A stretch of DNA of 64,000 nt from Candidatus Poribacteria bacterium (GTDB lineage Bacteria; Poribacteria; WGA-4E; WGA-3G), in the NCBI GenBank assembly GCA_965242965.1, contig OZ251518.1:3840001-3904000 (forward strand), read 5' to 3'. Made by a program: the position numbers and the translations under genes. Every line of letters begins with the position of its first letter. Position 1 is the stretch's first letter. Positions 19,850 to 29,669 of this stretch are shown here, piece after piece. Below the pieces are notes generated by a model. That model saw only the letters and a list, made by a program, of their open reading frames with translations, was not told the DNA's origin and did not search any database.

Positions 19850-19944
19850 AGATTGTATCAGCGTTAAAACTTCCGATGGGATGAGCACAGAAATTTGCAC
19901 AGCATCCAGCGGCCCTAGCACTGAACTCTGCAAAAAGCCTCAGG

Positions 19945-21039
19945 CTAGATTGGACGAAAAATAAGATACGACTCATTCTCGCGACGGGAGAATCGAACTT
20001 CGTAGCGTGAATCAAGAGCCCTTGCAGACGTATCCAAAGCCCTATGAAGTTCATCAAGGTTCGCGCCAATACCGTGCTCTGTGAGTAAAAAGAGTGCCAT
20101 ATAGATGAGCGCAGGATACAGAGCTATCTTTGGTGTTGGCGTGCTTCTGAGCGTTTCAAACGCTTGATTTGCGAGATTGCGAAGCAACTCTTTTTGTTCT
20201 AATTTTTCTATTTCTGCCCACTTCCTGTCAGTGCCACCTAGGAGTGTGCGCCCGGCAACCCCAAAAAAGTGCTGCTGCAACCACGCAGGACTTGTGTGAA
20301 CGATGGAATCAGTCTCTTGGAGCCTCGGCAGCAGTTGGTAAAATTGATGCCCCTTAGCCGTTAATTTAGGGACTTTCCCGTTGCCATTTCCAATTGAAGC
20401 CAACCCGAGGTCAGCTAACCAGTGAATTCGCGGCGGCACGATATGCTCTATACCGCGTTGCGACGCTTTCCAACTCTGTGCCACGCGATTGCGCACCGCT
20501 AGAATTTCACGAGCGACGCGCGTTTCTTCTATCAATATACGGGCATCCAATTGCCGCAAATACTGCTCCTGAAATTGACTTTGCAAACCAGATAGGGACA
20601 TATTTGGTGTTTCAACCAACATCGTTAACACCGTAAGAAACTGATCGCTATCCTTTCGCAGCAGCCAATAAAGGTATGCGCATCTTTCCGGGTCAGTCAG
20701 TTCAAAAGGGCTGCGCCCTGACACCTGATTAAGAAAAGGGAGTAAGGGCTTCCCAAAGCGAGTTACACGGCAGGCACCGGCGATTCGCCCAAGCAGTCCT
20801 AATGAGGCAGCGAATTCAGTGTAGCGTTTTGCACCAGTTCGTCCCCGGGTTGCCTTAATGTGTCCTTGAGGATTTGTATAATTCGTCAAATCCTGCTCAT
20901 GGTTAAGGCTCCACCTCTCAAGACGATTATAGAGCAAGGACTCGCTGAGCGTTTTATGCTCCAGCAACTTCAAAATTGCCGACACATAACCGAGACGGCG
21001 GACGTGCGTGTTAATCTCTGTGATGCCAATTTCATACAT
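19945..21039 (-). CDS. Hypothetical protein with two winged-helix-like repeats
   Basis: YTEFAASLGLL...RVTRFGK and RIHWLADLGLA...KLTAKG both match the helix-LGL-wing-LTxxG pattern of wHTH domains. Confidence 0.6.
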   Translation of the reverse strand: MYEIGITEINTHVRRLGYVSAILKLLEHKTLSESLLYNRLERWSLNHEQDLTNYTNPQGHIKATRGRTGAKRYTEFAASLGLLGRIAGACRVTRFGKPLLPFLNQVSGRSPFELTDPERCAYLYWLLRKDSDQFLTVLTMLVETPNMSLSGLQSQFQEQYLRQLDARILIEETRVAREILAVRNRVAQSWKASQRGIEHIVPPRIHWLADLGLASIGNGNGKVPKLTAKGHQFYQLLPRLQETDSIVHTSPAWLQQHFFGVAGRTLLGGTDRKWAEIEKLEQKELLRNLANQAFETLRSTPTPKIALYPALIYMALFLLTEHGIGANLDELHRALDTSARALDSRYEVRFSRRENESYLIFRPI

Positions 21040-21175
21040 TTTGGGGCACCTGAAGTGACATTTACATCAGTCTTGCTAATTGTACACGAGTGAATGAAAA
21101 AAAGCAAGATATATTTTCCAAAACGTCAATTGTCGGGCGAAGGACAGGTTTCCTTCGCCCGACAGAGCCGCTGCT

Positions 21176-24100
21176 TCATTGCGACAACGACTCGTAATAG
21201 TTATCGACGAGGCGGCGGTATTCAGGCGGGACATCCTCCTTCGCAACCTGCGAAAGACGTTTTTTCTCCTGAAGCGTGTTGAGCCGCTCTTCTAATGCCG
21301 ACTCCAACTTGTTCAAGTCCCGAATGACGAAATCGTATTTCGGGAAGGGGCGCGAACGGTTGCTCGGACGATGCTGCATCGTATCCAGCAAACCGAGCCA
21401 CAACTCCTCGATTTCGCGGTTTGATTCAACACCGGCGCGTCCTTCTTGCTGATTTTCAGCGTCGCCTTCGCCATCTTGCCCGTTTTGTTCTTGCATCGCC
21501 TGCATCGCCTGCATCGCCTGTTGCATCCGCTCCTGAATCTGCTGTTGCTGTTCAGCGAGTTGCTGCTGACGATTCTGCTGTTCCGGCGTGTCCTCTTGTC
21601 CTTCCATCGCTTGGAGTTCGCGTTGGATATCCTGCATTTGCGCTTCCATGCTTTGGAGTTGCGCCAGGGCGGCTTCCAGCTGCTCCTCTTCCGTTGTCGC
21701 CAGATTCGCTCGCGCCTGCTGCAAATCAGCCTGCGCTTGCTCCAGCGTCTCTAACACCTCTTGTTGATTCTGCGCTGCCGCTCGGAAGCTCCGCCATTGC
21801 AAAGCGCGTTGCGCCGTTGCCATATCCCCGACAGTCTGCTCTTCCGTGAGACGGTTGGCGGCATCGCCTACATTTTGAGATGCCTCTGGATTCTCGGCGT
21901 TGAGCTGCTCCTGAAGCTGCCGCAGATTGTCCTCAAGCGATTCCAGCTCTCGCTGAAGCCCACGCTGCTGATTTGCCAAATCGGAGGCGCGCTCAAAATC
22001 TTCCGGCTGCATTGACGATTGCGCCGCGCGGTTCCGAAGTTCCTGCGTCTGCTGTTGCACATCGGATTGCTCCGCTGTCAACTGCTGCAATGCGTGGATA
22101 GCATCTTCAAGCGCATCGTCAGAGAGTTCCGCGGCGACGTTCTCCAGCTGTTCAATCGCCGCCGCGAGGCGCGCCGCCGCTTGCTCACCTTTAGCGGCAC
22201 TCAGCTGCGGTTCTTGCTGCTGCATCCCTTGCGCCGCCTGTTGCATTTGCTCGCCAGCCTGCTGCATCGCTTGTCCCGCCTGTCCGAGGCGTTGCGCCTG
22301 CGTGCCTTGTCCGCTGCCTTGCATCTGTTCCAACTGCTGCGACATCTGCTGCGCTTGCTCCGACAACTGTCCTTGTTGCTGGCTATTCTGCTGCATCTCG
22401 CTCGGTGAGGGTTGGCTTTCGCGGCCTAATTGCTGGCTTTGTTGATTGAGTTGCTGCTGCTCCTCCAACATTTCCCGCGCCTGTTCGAGCATTTCTTGCG
22501 TCTGCTCCCGCATCTCCCTGTCTAGTTCACCCTGGTCCTGCTCAATTTCGCTCTGCAGTTCCTCCATCTCCAATTCAAGATTTTCCGCCGCTTGCGCGTT
22601 GCTGTTGCGCATCTGTGTCAGCACTTTCGGGAGCTCAATGCTGACTTTGATGAGCAGTTCCAACGCTTCTTGTTCTGGCGGCATCGCCTCGGTAGGCTGG
22701 GTGGCGTTGAGGCTATCGCTCGCCTCGCGCATCCTGTCGACAGCATCTTCGAGATGCATCAGAATTTCCGGCGCGACCGGGGCAGTTTGCATCGCCATGC
22801 TGATTTCGTCAACTAACCGCTGCGTCTTATCCTTCGTTTCAGACTGCTTCTCCCCGGTCTTCTTCACAGCCGAGCGATATTCATCGGTGACAGACGCGGG
22901 TGCGGCGTTGATATGCTGCCACGTTTCTCGGATAATCTGCTTCTGTGTGGCGATGAGCTCCAAGGTGACATTCGGTGCTGGTTCTCCCGGTTCCCCCTCT
23001 TGCTTCTGGAACCGTTCGTTAAAGGGACGCACCTCAATGAAGTAAATCTCGCTGCTTGCCTCCCCGGGCCCGGTGAGCGTGTTGTTATCAGTGGCTTGCG
23101 CGTAGTAAGAGATAACTTCGCCGGGCTCTACGTCAAACTCCTCCATATAGAAGGTGTAGGTGCCGCGGCGGCTTTTTGTTGTTCGGGTGATGCCTACGTT
23201 CTTGCCTTCTCCCTGGCCTGTCTCCCTGGCAAGTTCCTGCAATTCGCCTGCGCCGATACGATACATCAGTGCCAATTTTTCAACGCCGTAGTCGTCCTTC
23301 GCCTCGGCGACAATCTGCACTTCTTCTAATTTTGTCGCCTTGACATCGCGCCCGGGTTCCTTGATAACCACTTCCGGCGGGTTATCCGGAACCGCGCGGA
23401 TTTTGTATTCAATCGGAATTTCGTTGTTAAACCCATCAATGCAGTGCAGCGCAACAGCGTATGTTCCATCTTCAGTAACGTCTACCGTTGTCGTTAGGAT
23501 GTTGCCATCGGAAATCACCATCTCTGTCTGTATCGGTAAGACAGCCTCATCTGTTTCGGGCGACGCGTCTGCCTGGGAGGCTTGGCTCACCGTGAACTTC
23601 GCCATTTGGATGGCTTTGTTTGTCGTCAACCGAATTTCTGCACGCGTGCCGACAACGGCGTGAATATCTCCCGTGCCTTGCTGCACGACAGGTGGCAACC
23701 CCGTATACCCCGGATACGTATAGGCAACGGCGATATCTGTCACCCTCGGCATCTCAAAGACTTCAACGGTGTAGCGCGCCGATGTCGCCTCGTTCGCTTG
23801 GACAGTGTATTCCATGTCCGCGTCAATGTTGAAAATTTCGTAAGTAAAGCCGCGTTTATCCTCTGGATTCTGCACCATGTTAATTTCTTGTCCGGTGCTT
23901 TGCATGCGCGCACGAGAAGTATACGTCAAAACAACCTTATCGGCGGATTTGCCGGTGACGGTGACGTGAATCGGCAAACTCTTCCCACGCAGGATACGCG
24001 CATTCCCCGGTGTAACGGTGAGTTTCGTCGTCAAAATCGGCTCTGTTTTCCCCCACGGCACCAGCACGCGGAGCAGACTGGTATGAATCTCGGAAGGAAA

Positions 24101-24610
24101 CAGCAGCGATAGCACGGTACACCCGGCGACAACGAGCGCAGCGATACCGACGTGTTTCCGCGTCCGGCTCGCATCTACGGTGGCTTTGAAATCGATGCCT
24201 TTCACGCGCTCGGTTGTATCCTCAAGCAGCCGTTGCAACATGTGCGCTTCAATCACATCATCGGTTTCGCGATTTCCGAATTGCACCGCACTGACGAGTC
24301 TATCCTCAAGGTTCGGGTAATGCCGTTCCACGTTGAGGGCGACATCGCGCAGCGTGAGGGATGCACGCAGCGGTTTTATGAGGTGTTTGTAAAGCAGATA
24401 GCCGCTCGCGATGACAATGCCCGCCAGCAACGCAACGCGCACTGGACTTGGCAGCGGCATCAGCCAATCAACGATGGATTCTCCAACGACTATCGCAAGC
24501 AACCCGGTTAGGACGATGGCTGCACCAGTCCAGAAGAGCCCACGTCTCCAGACGCGCCGAGCGGCGAGAATTTTCTCTTGTAGTTCCGCGTAACTTTCTT
24601 TTGTGTTCAT
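21176..24610 (-). CDS. Large membrane-anchored coiled-coil, Gln-rich protein (DUF4175-like)
   Basis: N-terminal TM helices, LEDRLVSAVQF, Ig-like YPGYTG and AKDDYG segments, Q-rich coiled coil, C-terminal VPPEYRRLVDNYY. Confidence 0.75.
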   Translation of the reverse strand: MNTKESYAELQEKILAARRVWRRGLFWTGAAIVLTGLLAIVVGESIVDWLMPLPSPVRVALLAGIVIASGYLLYKHLIKPLRASLTLRDVALNVERHYPNLEDRLVSAVQFGNRETDDVIEAHMLQRLLEDTTERVKGIDFKATVDASRTRKHVGIAALVVAGCTVLSLLFPSEIHTSLLRVLVPWGKTEPILTTKLTVTPGNARILRGKSLPIHVTVTGKSADKVVLTYTSRARMQSTGQEINMVQNPEDKRGFTYEIFNIDADMEYTVQANEATSARYTVEVFEMPRVTDIAVAYTYPGYTGLPPVVQQGTGDIHAVVGTRAEIRLTTNKAIQMAKFTVSQASQADASPETDEAVLPIQTEMVISDGNILTTTVDVTEDGTYAVALHCIDGFNNEIPIEYKIRAVPDNPPEVVIKEPGRDVKATKLEEVQIVAEAKDDYGVEKLALMYRIGAGELQELARETGQGEGKNVGITRTTKSRRGTYTFYMEEFDVEPGEVISYYAQATDNNTLTGPGEASSEIYFIEVRPFNERFQKQEGEPGEPAPNVTLELIATQKQIIRETWQHINAAPASVTDEYRSAVKKTGEKQSETKDKTQRLVDEISMAMQTAPVAPEILMHLEDAVDRMREASDSLNATQPTEAMPPEQEALELLIKVSIELPKVLTQMRNSNAQAAENLELEMEELQSEIEQDQGELDREMREQTQEMLEQAREMLEEQQQLNQQSQQLGRESQPSPSEMQQNSQQQGQLSEQAQQMSQQLEQMQGSGQGTQAQRLGQAGQAMQQAGEQMQQAAQGMQQQEPQLSAAKGEQAAARLAAAIEQLENVAAELSDDALEDAIHALQQLTAEQSDVQQQTQELRNRAAQSSMQPEDFERASDLANQQRGLQRELESLEDNLRQLQEQLNAENPEASQNVGDAANRLTEEQTVGDMATAQRALQWRSFRAAAQNQQEVLETLEQAQADLQQARANLATTEEEQLEAALAQLQSMEAQMQDIQRELQAMEGQEDTPEQQNRQQQLAEQQQQIQERMQQAMQAMQAMQEQNGQDGEGDAENQQEGRAGVESNREIEELWLGLLDTMQHRPSNRSRPFPKYDFVIRDLNKLESALEERLNTLQEKKRLSQVAKEDVPPEYRRLVDNYYESLSQ

Positions 24611-24683
24611 TGTGATTCTCCTCCATCGCGCTATCAACATTAAGTTTCCTTGACGAGACTTTATCAAAAAGGGCTTTCCCTAC

Positions 24684-25354
24684 CTATTTAAAAACAAGCA
24701 CCTCCAGCATAACACCCGACAGCCAGATAAGTATCGCGACAAAAGATGCCTTCACCTTCCCTGTGTCGGCGAGAATTGAGACAGCGATTGTCAAAACGGC
24801 GATAGGCCAGATGCTTAACGGATTAAAGTGGCTCAGAAACATGAGCACCTGCACGTTTTCGCTAGAACTCAAGAAATGCAATCCCGGAATCACCTGCATG
24901 TCTACCGGTGTCCTGACATTCTCAAGTCCTCTCAGCACAGGCACGAACGCCGTATTGACGAAATAGACGAACGTCGGAATGAGTGACGCATGTGCAAGAC
25001 TTGCATAGATATGTCGAAACCGACGGCGGCATCCACCCTGAAAATTCGCGCCGCGCAGGTAAGCAGCGCGCTGAGCACAACCATCGCGAGAAGTGGGATA
25101 AGAAGGGCAAACAAGAGCACAAAGTTGCCAATAATCGGTGCCGCCTCTTCAATGAGATAGCGCGGCACACGCTCCCTTGCCAACTCTAGCGAAATCAGTC
25201 GTTCCGTAAACGGTGCCGCAGACCAGGTTACACCAACTTGCAGCACACAAAAGAGGATAAGTGCCATGCCCCACTTCGGTTGGGTTTTGAGGCGCGCAAA
25301 CGTTACACTCGGTGCAACGAAAAGATCTTTGATGTTTTGCCAACTTTCTTTCAT
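24684..25354 (-). pseudogene. Frameshifted Yip1-family membrane protein, tandem paralog of 25409-26095
   Basis: The N-terminus aligns with the neighbour (MKES..NI..L...PS..F.R....PKWG.A). After GGTTTC near 25017, homology continues in another frame (RHIYASLAH...VNTA...PGLH...LMFLSH.NP.S.W). Confidence 0.75.
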
Positions 25355-25408
25355 GGATTTCTCAACGCTGAAGTATCGTGCTCAAGAGAGCACTCCCACC
25401 GGTAAAAG

Positions 25409-26095
25409 TTAAGAGGCAGACAGCACATCCGGTAGAATCCAGACGAGCCAAATCAGCACAGCGGCAATCCGTGCCCGGGTCTTGTCTACATCAGCAAGCA
25501 CTGCTACAGCGATAGCTGTCACGGCGATTATCCACACACTGAACGGATTGATGTGGCTCAGAAACATCAGCAGTTTCGCATTTTCAAGCGAACCGAAGAG
25601 GAGATGCAAACCCGGGAGCAGCCGCATAGCCACGGCGTTTTTCACATCGGCTACGTCTCGAAACACGAGCAGCAATGCAGTGTTGACGAGGTTGATAACG
25701 CACCCGAGCAGCGATAGATGCACAACGGCGGCGAAGATATGCCGAAAGGTTAAGTTTTCGTTGTTACCCAAACGCGCCGCCAATTTGAAGATTGCACTGC
25801 TAATGACGAACCACAGCACCGCAAAAAGTGGCAGGAGAAAGAGGCCGACTTGCGTCATAATCCCTACCATCATTTCGGCCGCCTGACGTTGTTCCTCCGA
25901 CATATTCGTTTGTGTTTGTGTCATTCCTTCGGCGATGAGTGCTTGGCTATACGGCGCGGTTGCCCATCCTATCAGAACATTAAATAGGTAGAAGATGAGG
26001 AAAGCGACACCCCACTTCGGTTCAGTTCTGATGCGTTCAAACGCAGCACTCGGTTCCGCGATAAGTTCTCCGATGTTACGCAAACTCTCTTTCAT
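25409..26095 (-). CDS. Yip1-family integral membrane protein
   Basis: PSAAFERI...W motif and about five hydrophobic helices. Confidence 0.75.
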   Translation of the reverse strand: MKESLRNIGELIAEPSAAFERIRTEPKWGVAFLIFYLFNVLIGWATAPYSQALIAEGMTQTQTNMSEEQRQAAEMMVGIMTQVGLFLLPLFAVLWFVISSAIFKLAARLGNNENLTFRHIFAAVVHLSLLGCVINLVNTALLLVFRDVADVKNAVAMRLLPGLHLLFGSLENAKLLMFLSHINPFSVWIIAVTAIAVAVLADVDKTRARIAAVLIWLVWILPDVLSAS

Positions 26096-26223
26096 AGTTT
26101 CACCCGCTGATTAGACAAAATGTTGGTGGAAAGGTTCATTTTAATAGTATAACAAATCCTGCACAAAATCGCAAGAAATTTTTCAGTTGTTTTCTCGCGG
26201 GCGATGTGGTAATATAGAATATT

Positions 26224-26775
26224 ATGGAAAAACAAGCATCCATTCCCATTTATACTATCGGCTACGGAAGCCGTCCGGTCGGAGCGTTCATGGAAGTGTT
26301 GCGCCTGCACCAGATAGCGTATCTCATTGACGTGCGTTCTACGCCTTATTCGCGCTACAAACCGGAGTTTTCCAAAGACGCTCTGGCATCGGCACTCCAC
26401 CGACACGGGATTCACTACGTCTTCATGGGCGATACCCTCGGCGGGCACCCCGATGATGAAACGTGTTACGTGAACGGAAAAATTGACTACGAGCAGGTGA
26501 AGACAACGGCGGACTATCAGCGGGGGATTGAACGCCTCCGCAATGCTTTCGCGCAGCAACGCCGCGTTGTCCTGATGTGTAGCGAGGGGAAACCGGAACA
26601 GTGCCATCGCAGCAAACTCATCGGCGCGACGCTGACAGCAGCGGATATTCTGGTGCATCACATTGATGAGAAGGACGAACTGCAAACGCAGGAAACAATC
26701 ATTGAACGGCTGACAGGCGGACAACTGCCGCTGTTCGGCGAGGAGACGTTCCACTCGCGCAAGCGATACTTGTAA
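26224..26775 (+). CDS. DUF488 family protein
   Basis: IYTIGYGSR, LIDVRSTPYS, LGG and LMCSE...CHR. Confidence 0.9.
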   Translation: MEKQASIPIYTIGYGSRPVGAFMEVLRLHQIAYLIDVRSTPYSRYKPEFSKDALASALHRHGIHYVFMGDTLGGHPDDETCYVNGKIDYEQVKTTADYQRGIERLRNAFAQQRRVVLMCSEGKPEQCHRSKLIGATLTAADILVHHIDEKDELQTQETIIERLTGGQLPLFGEETFHSRKRYL

Positions 26776-26894
26776 CGGCGGCTTTGAGCCGGGTCCGTTT
26801 TTCGTAGGGCGAGGGCCTGTCCCTCGCCGTGTATAGTGCTGTCAGTCGGATTTCATACGGGCCCGTTTTCCGTCCGAATCACGCGAGAATTATT

Positions 26895-27386
26895 ATGAAA
26901 ACGCCCAAAATTATCACCATTGGCGTATACGGATATGACGAAGAGAGTTTCTTTTCTGCGCTACAAGCGGCAAACGTAGATACCTTCTGCGACATCCGCA
27001 GCCGGCGCGGCGTGCGCGGCGCGACTTACGCATTCGCCAACAGCGTCCGGTTGCAATCGCGCCTCGCGGCACTCGGCATCCGCTATCTCCATTGCAAAGA
27101 GCTCGCGCCGACGAAAGCAGTGCGCGACAAACAAGCCGCAGCGGATAAAGCAGACAACGTTGCTAAACGCGAACGCACTACGTTGGGAGAAGCGTTTATT
27201 GCGGCATACCACGCCGAATGCCTCGCGCATTTTGAGCCGCAAAGTCTACTGGACAAAATCGAGGCAGATGCGCAAGTTGTCGCTCTCTTTTGCGTTGAGA
27301 GAGAACCAGCGGCGTGCCACCGTTCACTCGTCGCCGAGAAACTGGCGAAAGAACTTGGACTGGAAGTTGAGGACATTGTCCTATGA
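26895..27386 (+). CDS. DUF488 family protein (second, divergent copy)
   Basis: IITIG, CDIR, YLHCKELAP and LFCVE...CHR. Confidence 0.85.
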   Translation: MKTPKIITIGVYGYDEESFFSALQAANVDTFCDIRSRRGVRGATYAFANSVRLQSRLAALGIRYLHCKELAPTKAVRDKQAAADKADNVAKRERTTLGEAFIAAYHAECLAHFEPQSLLDKIEADAQVVALFCVEREPAACHRSLVAEKLAKELGLEVEDIVL

Positions 27387-29608
27387 GAGTGCTAATTGTT
27401 GCGAAAACGCGGATGGGAAGCGGTGCGTGCATTGGCGCGCTCACGGAGAAAGGCGAGAGCGTGCGGCTTGTTCCGTTCAACGCCGATGAACACCAGGGCG
27501 CAAATCGGGAGTATGAGATAGGTGAAATCTGGGAGATTTCCGCGAAACCCGCGGCCGCTGTCATCCCGCCGCATCACGAAAACATCGTCGTCTATGAAAA
27601 GCGGCACCTCCGTACCATGACAGCATTGGAAAGCGCGATTGAGCTCCTCATGCCGCCTAACATCGGACACCCGCGTGAACTCTACGAAGGACTCTTACAG
27701 ATGAGCCGTAGCGGCGCGCTTTACATCGCAGAGAAGAGCGGGATGCCACCTTACAGCACAACGTTTTGGCGGCCAGACCAGGCACTCACCCGTGATACGG
27801 ACAGCAGACGCATTCGGTATCGTTACCCCACAGCAGATGGCGGATGCACGCTCACCTATGTCGGTTTTGAAGAACCGCTTGAAACAATCCCTGCTGGCAC
27901 CCTCGTGCGCGTCTCGCTCGCACAGTGGTGGAAACCGACAGACAGAACGGATAATGAGGAACGGTGCCACGCGCAAATTTCCGGCTGGTTCCTCGAAGAA
28001 TCAGTAGGCGAGCCCTCCCGTTCTCAACAGACATCACCGGTAGAAGAGCCCTCCCTGTCTCAACGCTCTCAAGCCGACATGCCGCCGCCTGAAACCCCAC
28101 GCGAATATCTCAAGCAAGTCTTCGGACACGACGACTTCCGAGCGTTGCAAGAGGAAATCATTACGCACGTCCTTGAAAGACACGATGCTCTGATAGTCCT
28201 ACCGACAGGCGGCGGAAAATCACTCTGCTATCAGCTGCCCGCGCTCATTTTTCAGGGGGTTTCTGTCGTCGTTTCGCCCCTCATCTCACTTATGCAGGAC
28301 CAGGTGATGCAGTTGGAACAAAAAGGCATCCCTGCCGCTTTTCTCAACAGCACTGTGAGTTATGACGCTTACGTTGAAACGATGCACCAAGTCAAACGCG
28401 GCGAGATTAAGTTGCTTTACGTCGCGCCAGAAACACTCGTGCGCAATGAAATCCTGCTGATGCTTGACGCGTCCAATGTCGCGTGCATCGCTATTGACGA
28501 GGCGCACTGTATCTCGCAGTGGGGCCACGATTTCCGTCCCGAATATCGGCAACTCGTCTCGGTGCGCGAACGGTTCCCGAACGCTGTCTGTGTCGCGATG
28601 ACAGCCACCGCCACGCCGAGGGTGCAGGCGGACATCACGCAGTCGCTGCAATTGCAAGCGGAAAACCAATTCATTGCTAGTTTCGACCGGGGGAATCTCT
28701 TCATCACTGTGGAACCGAAGGTTGAGTTGCTGCGGCAGACGCTTGCGTTTCTCAATGCCCACCACGGCGAATCGGGTATCATCTACTGCCAGACGAGGAA
28801 ACAGGTGGAATCGCTGTGCCACAATTTAAGCACCTACGGGATTCAGGCACTCCCCTATCACGCAGAACTGGGTGCGGAAACCCGCAAGCGACATCAGGAG
28901 GCTTTCATCAACGGCGACACACGAATTATCGTCGCGACGATTGCCTTCGGCATGGGGATTGATAAGCCGGATGTCCGCTTCGTCCTCCACGCCGGTTTGC
29001 CGAAGGAACCCGAGTCTTACTATCAGGAAATCGGCCGTGCCGGGCGCGATGGGCAACGTTCCGAGTGCCTGCTGCTATTCAGTTATGGCGATGTGGACAC
29101 GATTCACCATTTCATTGATGAAGGCGCGCCGAGTGAACGTAAAGGACGGCTAGAACGGTTGAATACGCTTGTCGACTGGGCGACTTCGCTGGAGTGCCGT
29201 CGCAAGGGGTTGTTAGCCTATTTCGGAGAACAGTCCGAACAAGCCAATTGCGACATGTGCGATAACTGCCGCCAAGCACGGGAAGAACGCGTCGATCTGA
29301 CGTTGCCAGCGCAGAAATTCCTCTCGTGTGTTTATCGCACAGGGCAAATGTTCGGCGGCGCGCATATTATCAGTGTGATACGCGGTTCAAAAGCGAAAAA
29401 GGTGCTTGAAAATGGACACGACGCGCTCTCTACCTACGGCATTGGCACGGAGTATAGTGCGGCGCAGTGGAACTACCTCATGCAACAGTTTATCCAACAC
29501 AAGTTGTTGCGGCGAGATGCGCAGCACGGCAGTCTGCGTTTGACTGAAAAGGGGTGGGCAGTCCTCCGAAGCGAGGAGCCGTTTTTGGGATTTTCGGTGG
29601 AAAAGTGA
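27383..29608 (+). CDS. recQ: Fusion of an N-terminal dual-OB-fold-like domain (~205 aa) to a RecQ helicase (core, Zn-binding, RQC; no HRDC)
   Basis: RecQ motifs PTGGGKSLCYQLP, DEAHCISQWGHDFRPEY, ATIAFGMGIDKPDVRFV, QEIGRAGRDG and CRR...CDMCDNC. The N-terminus (LIVAKT...CIGA...VRL, PPHHEN, VSLA, CH) resembles dual-OB proteins. ATGA overlap with the upstream DUF488 gene. Confidence 0.85.
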   Translation: MRVLIVAKTRMGSGACIGALTEKGESVRLVPFNADEHQGANREYEIGEIWEISAKPAAAVIPPHHENIVVYEKRHLRTMTALESAIELLMPPNIGHPRELYEGLLQMSRSGALYIAEKSGMPPYSTTFWRPDQALTRDTDSRRIRYRYPTADGGCTLTYVGFEEPLETIPAGTLVRVSLAQWWKPTDRTDNEERCHAQISGWFLEESVGEPSRSQQTSPVEEPSLSQRSQADMPPPETPREYLKQVFGHDDFRALQEEIITHVLERHDALIVLPTGGGKSLCYQLPALIFQGVSVVVSPLISLMQDQVMQLEQKGIPAAFLNSTVSYDAYVETMHQVKRGEIKLLYVAPETLVRNEILLMLDASNVACIAIDEAHCISQWGHDFRPEYRQLVSVRERFPNAVCVAMTATATPRVQADITQSLQLQAENQFIASFDRGNLFITVEPKVELLRQTLAFLNAHHGESGIIYCQTRKQVESLCHNLSTYGIQALPYHAELGAETRKRHQEAFINGDTRIIVATIAFGMGIDKPDVRFVLHAGLPKEPESYYQEIGRAGRDGQRSECLLLFSYGDVDTIHHFIDEGAPSERKGRLERLNTLVDWATSLECRRKGLLAYFGEQSEQANCDMCDNCRQAREERVDLTLPAQKFLSCVYRTGQMFGGAHIISVIRGSKAKKVLENGHDALSTYGIGTEYSAAQWNYLMQQFIQHKLLRRDAQHGSLRLTEKGWAVLRSEEPFLGFSVEK

Positions 29609-29637
29609 TTGACATTCGCCATGGCGTATGGTATACT
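29609..29637 (+). promoter_or_regulatory. Consensus sigma70 promoter with an internal palindrome (candidate TA operator)
   Basis: TTGACA-N17-TATACT; the spacer contains CGCCATGGCG. Confidence 0.7.
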
Positions 29638-29669
29638 TAGTTAACATTTCAACATCAACGGAGGATAGG

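Noticed and set aside
18065-21039. Calling the ATPase trio BREX or another named system
   Set aside because: No pglZ, pglX, brxC or helicase is adjacent; the resemblance is limited to a generic P-loop ATPase.
21421-22600. CTG/CAG-rich low-complexity DNA and long antisense ORFs
   Set aside because: Explained by the Gln-rich coiled coil of the DUF4175-like protein.
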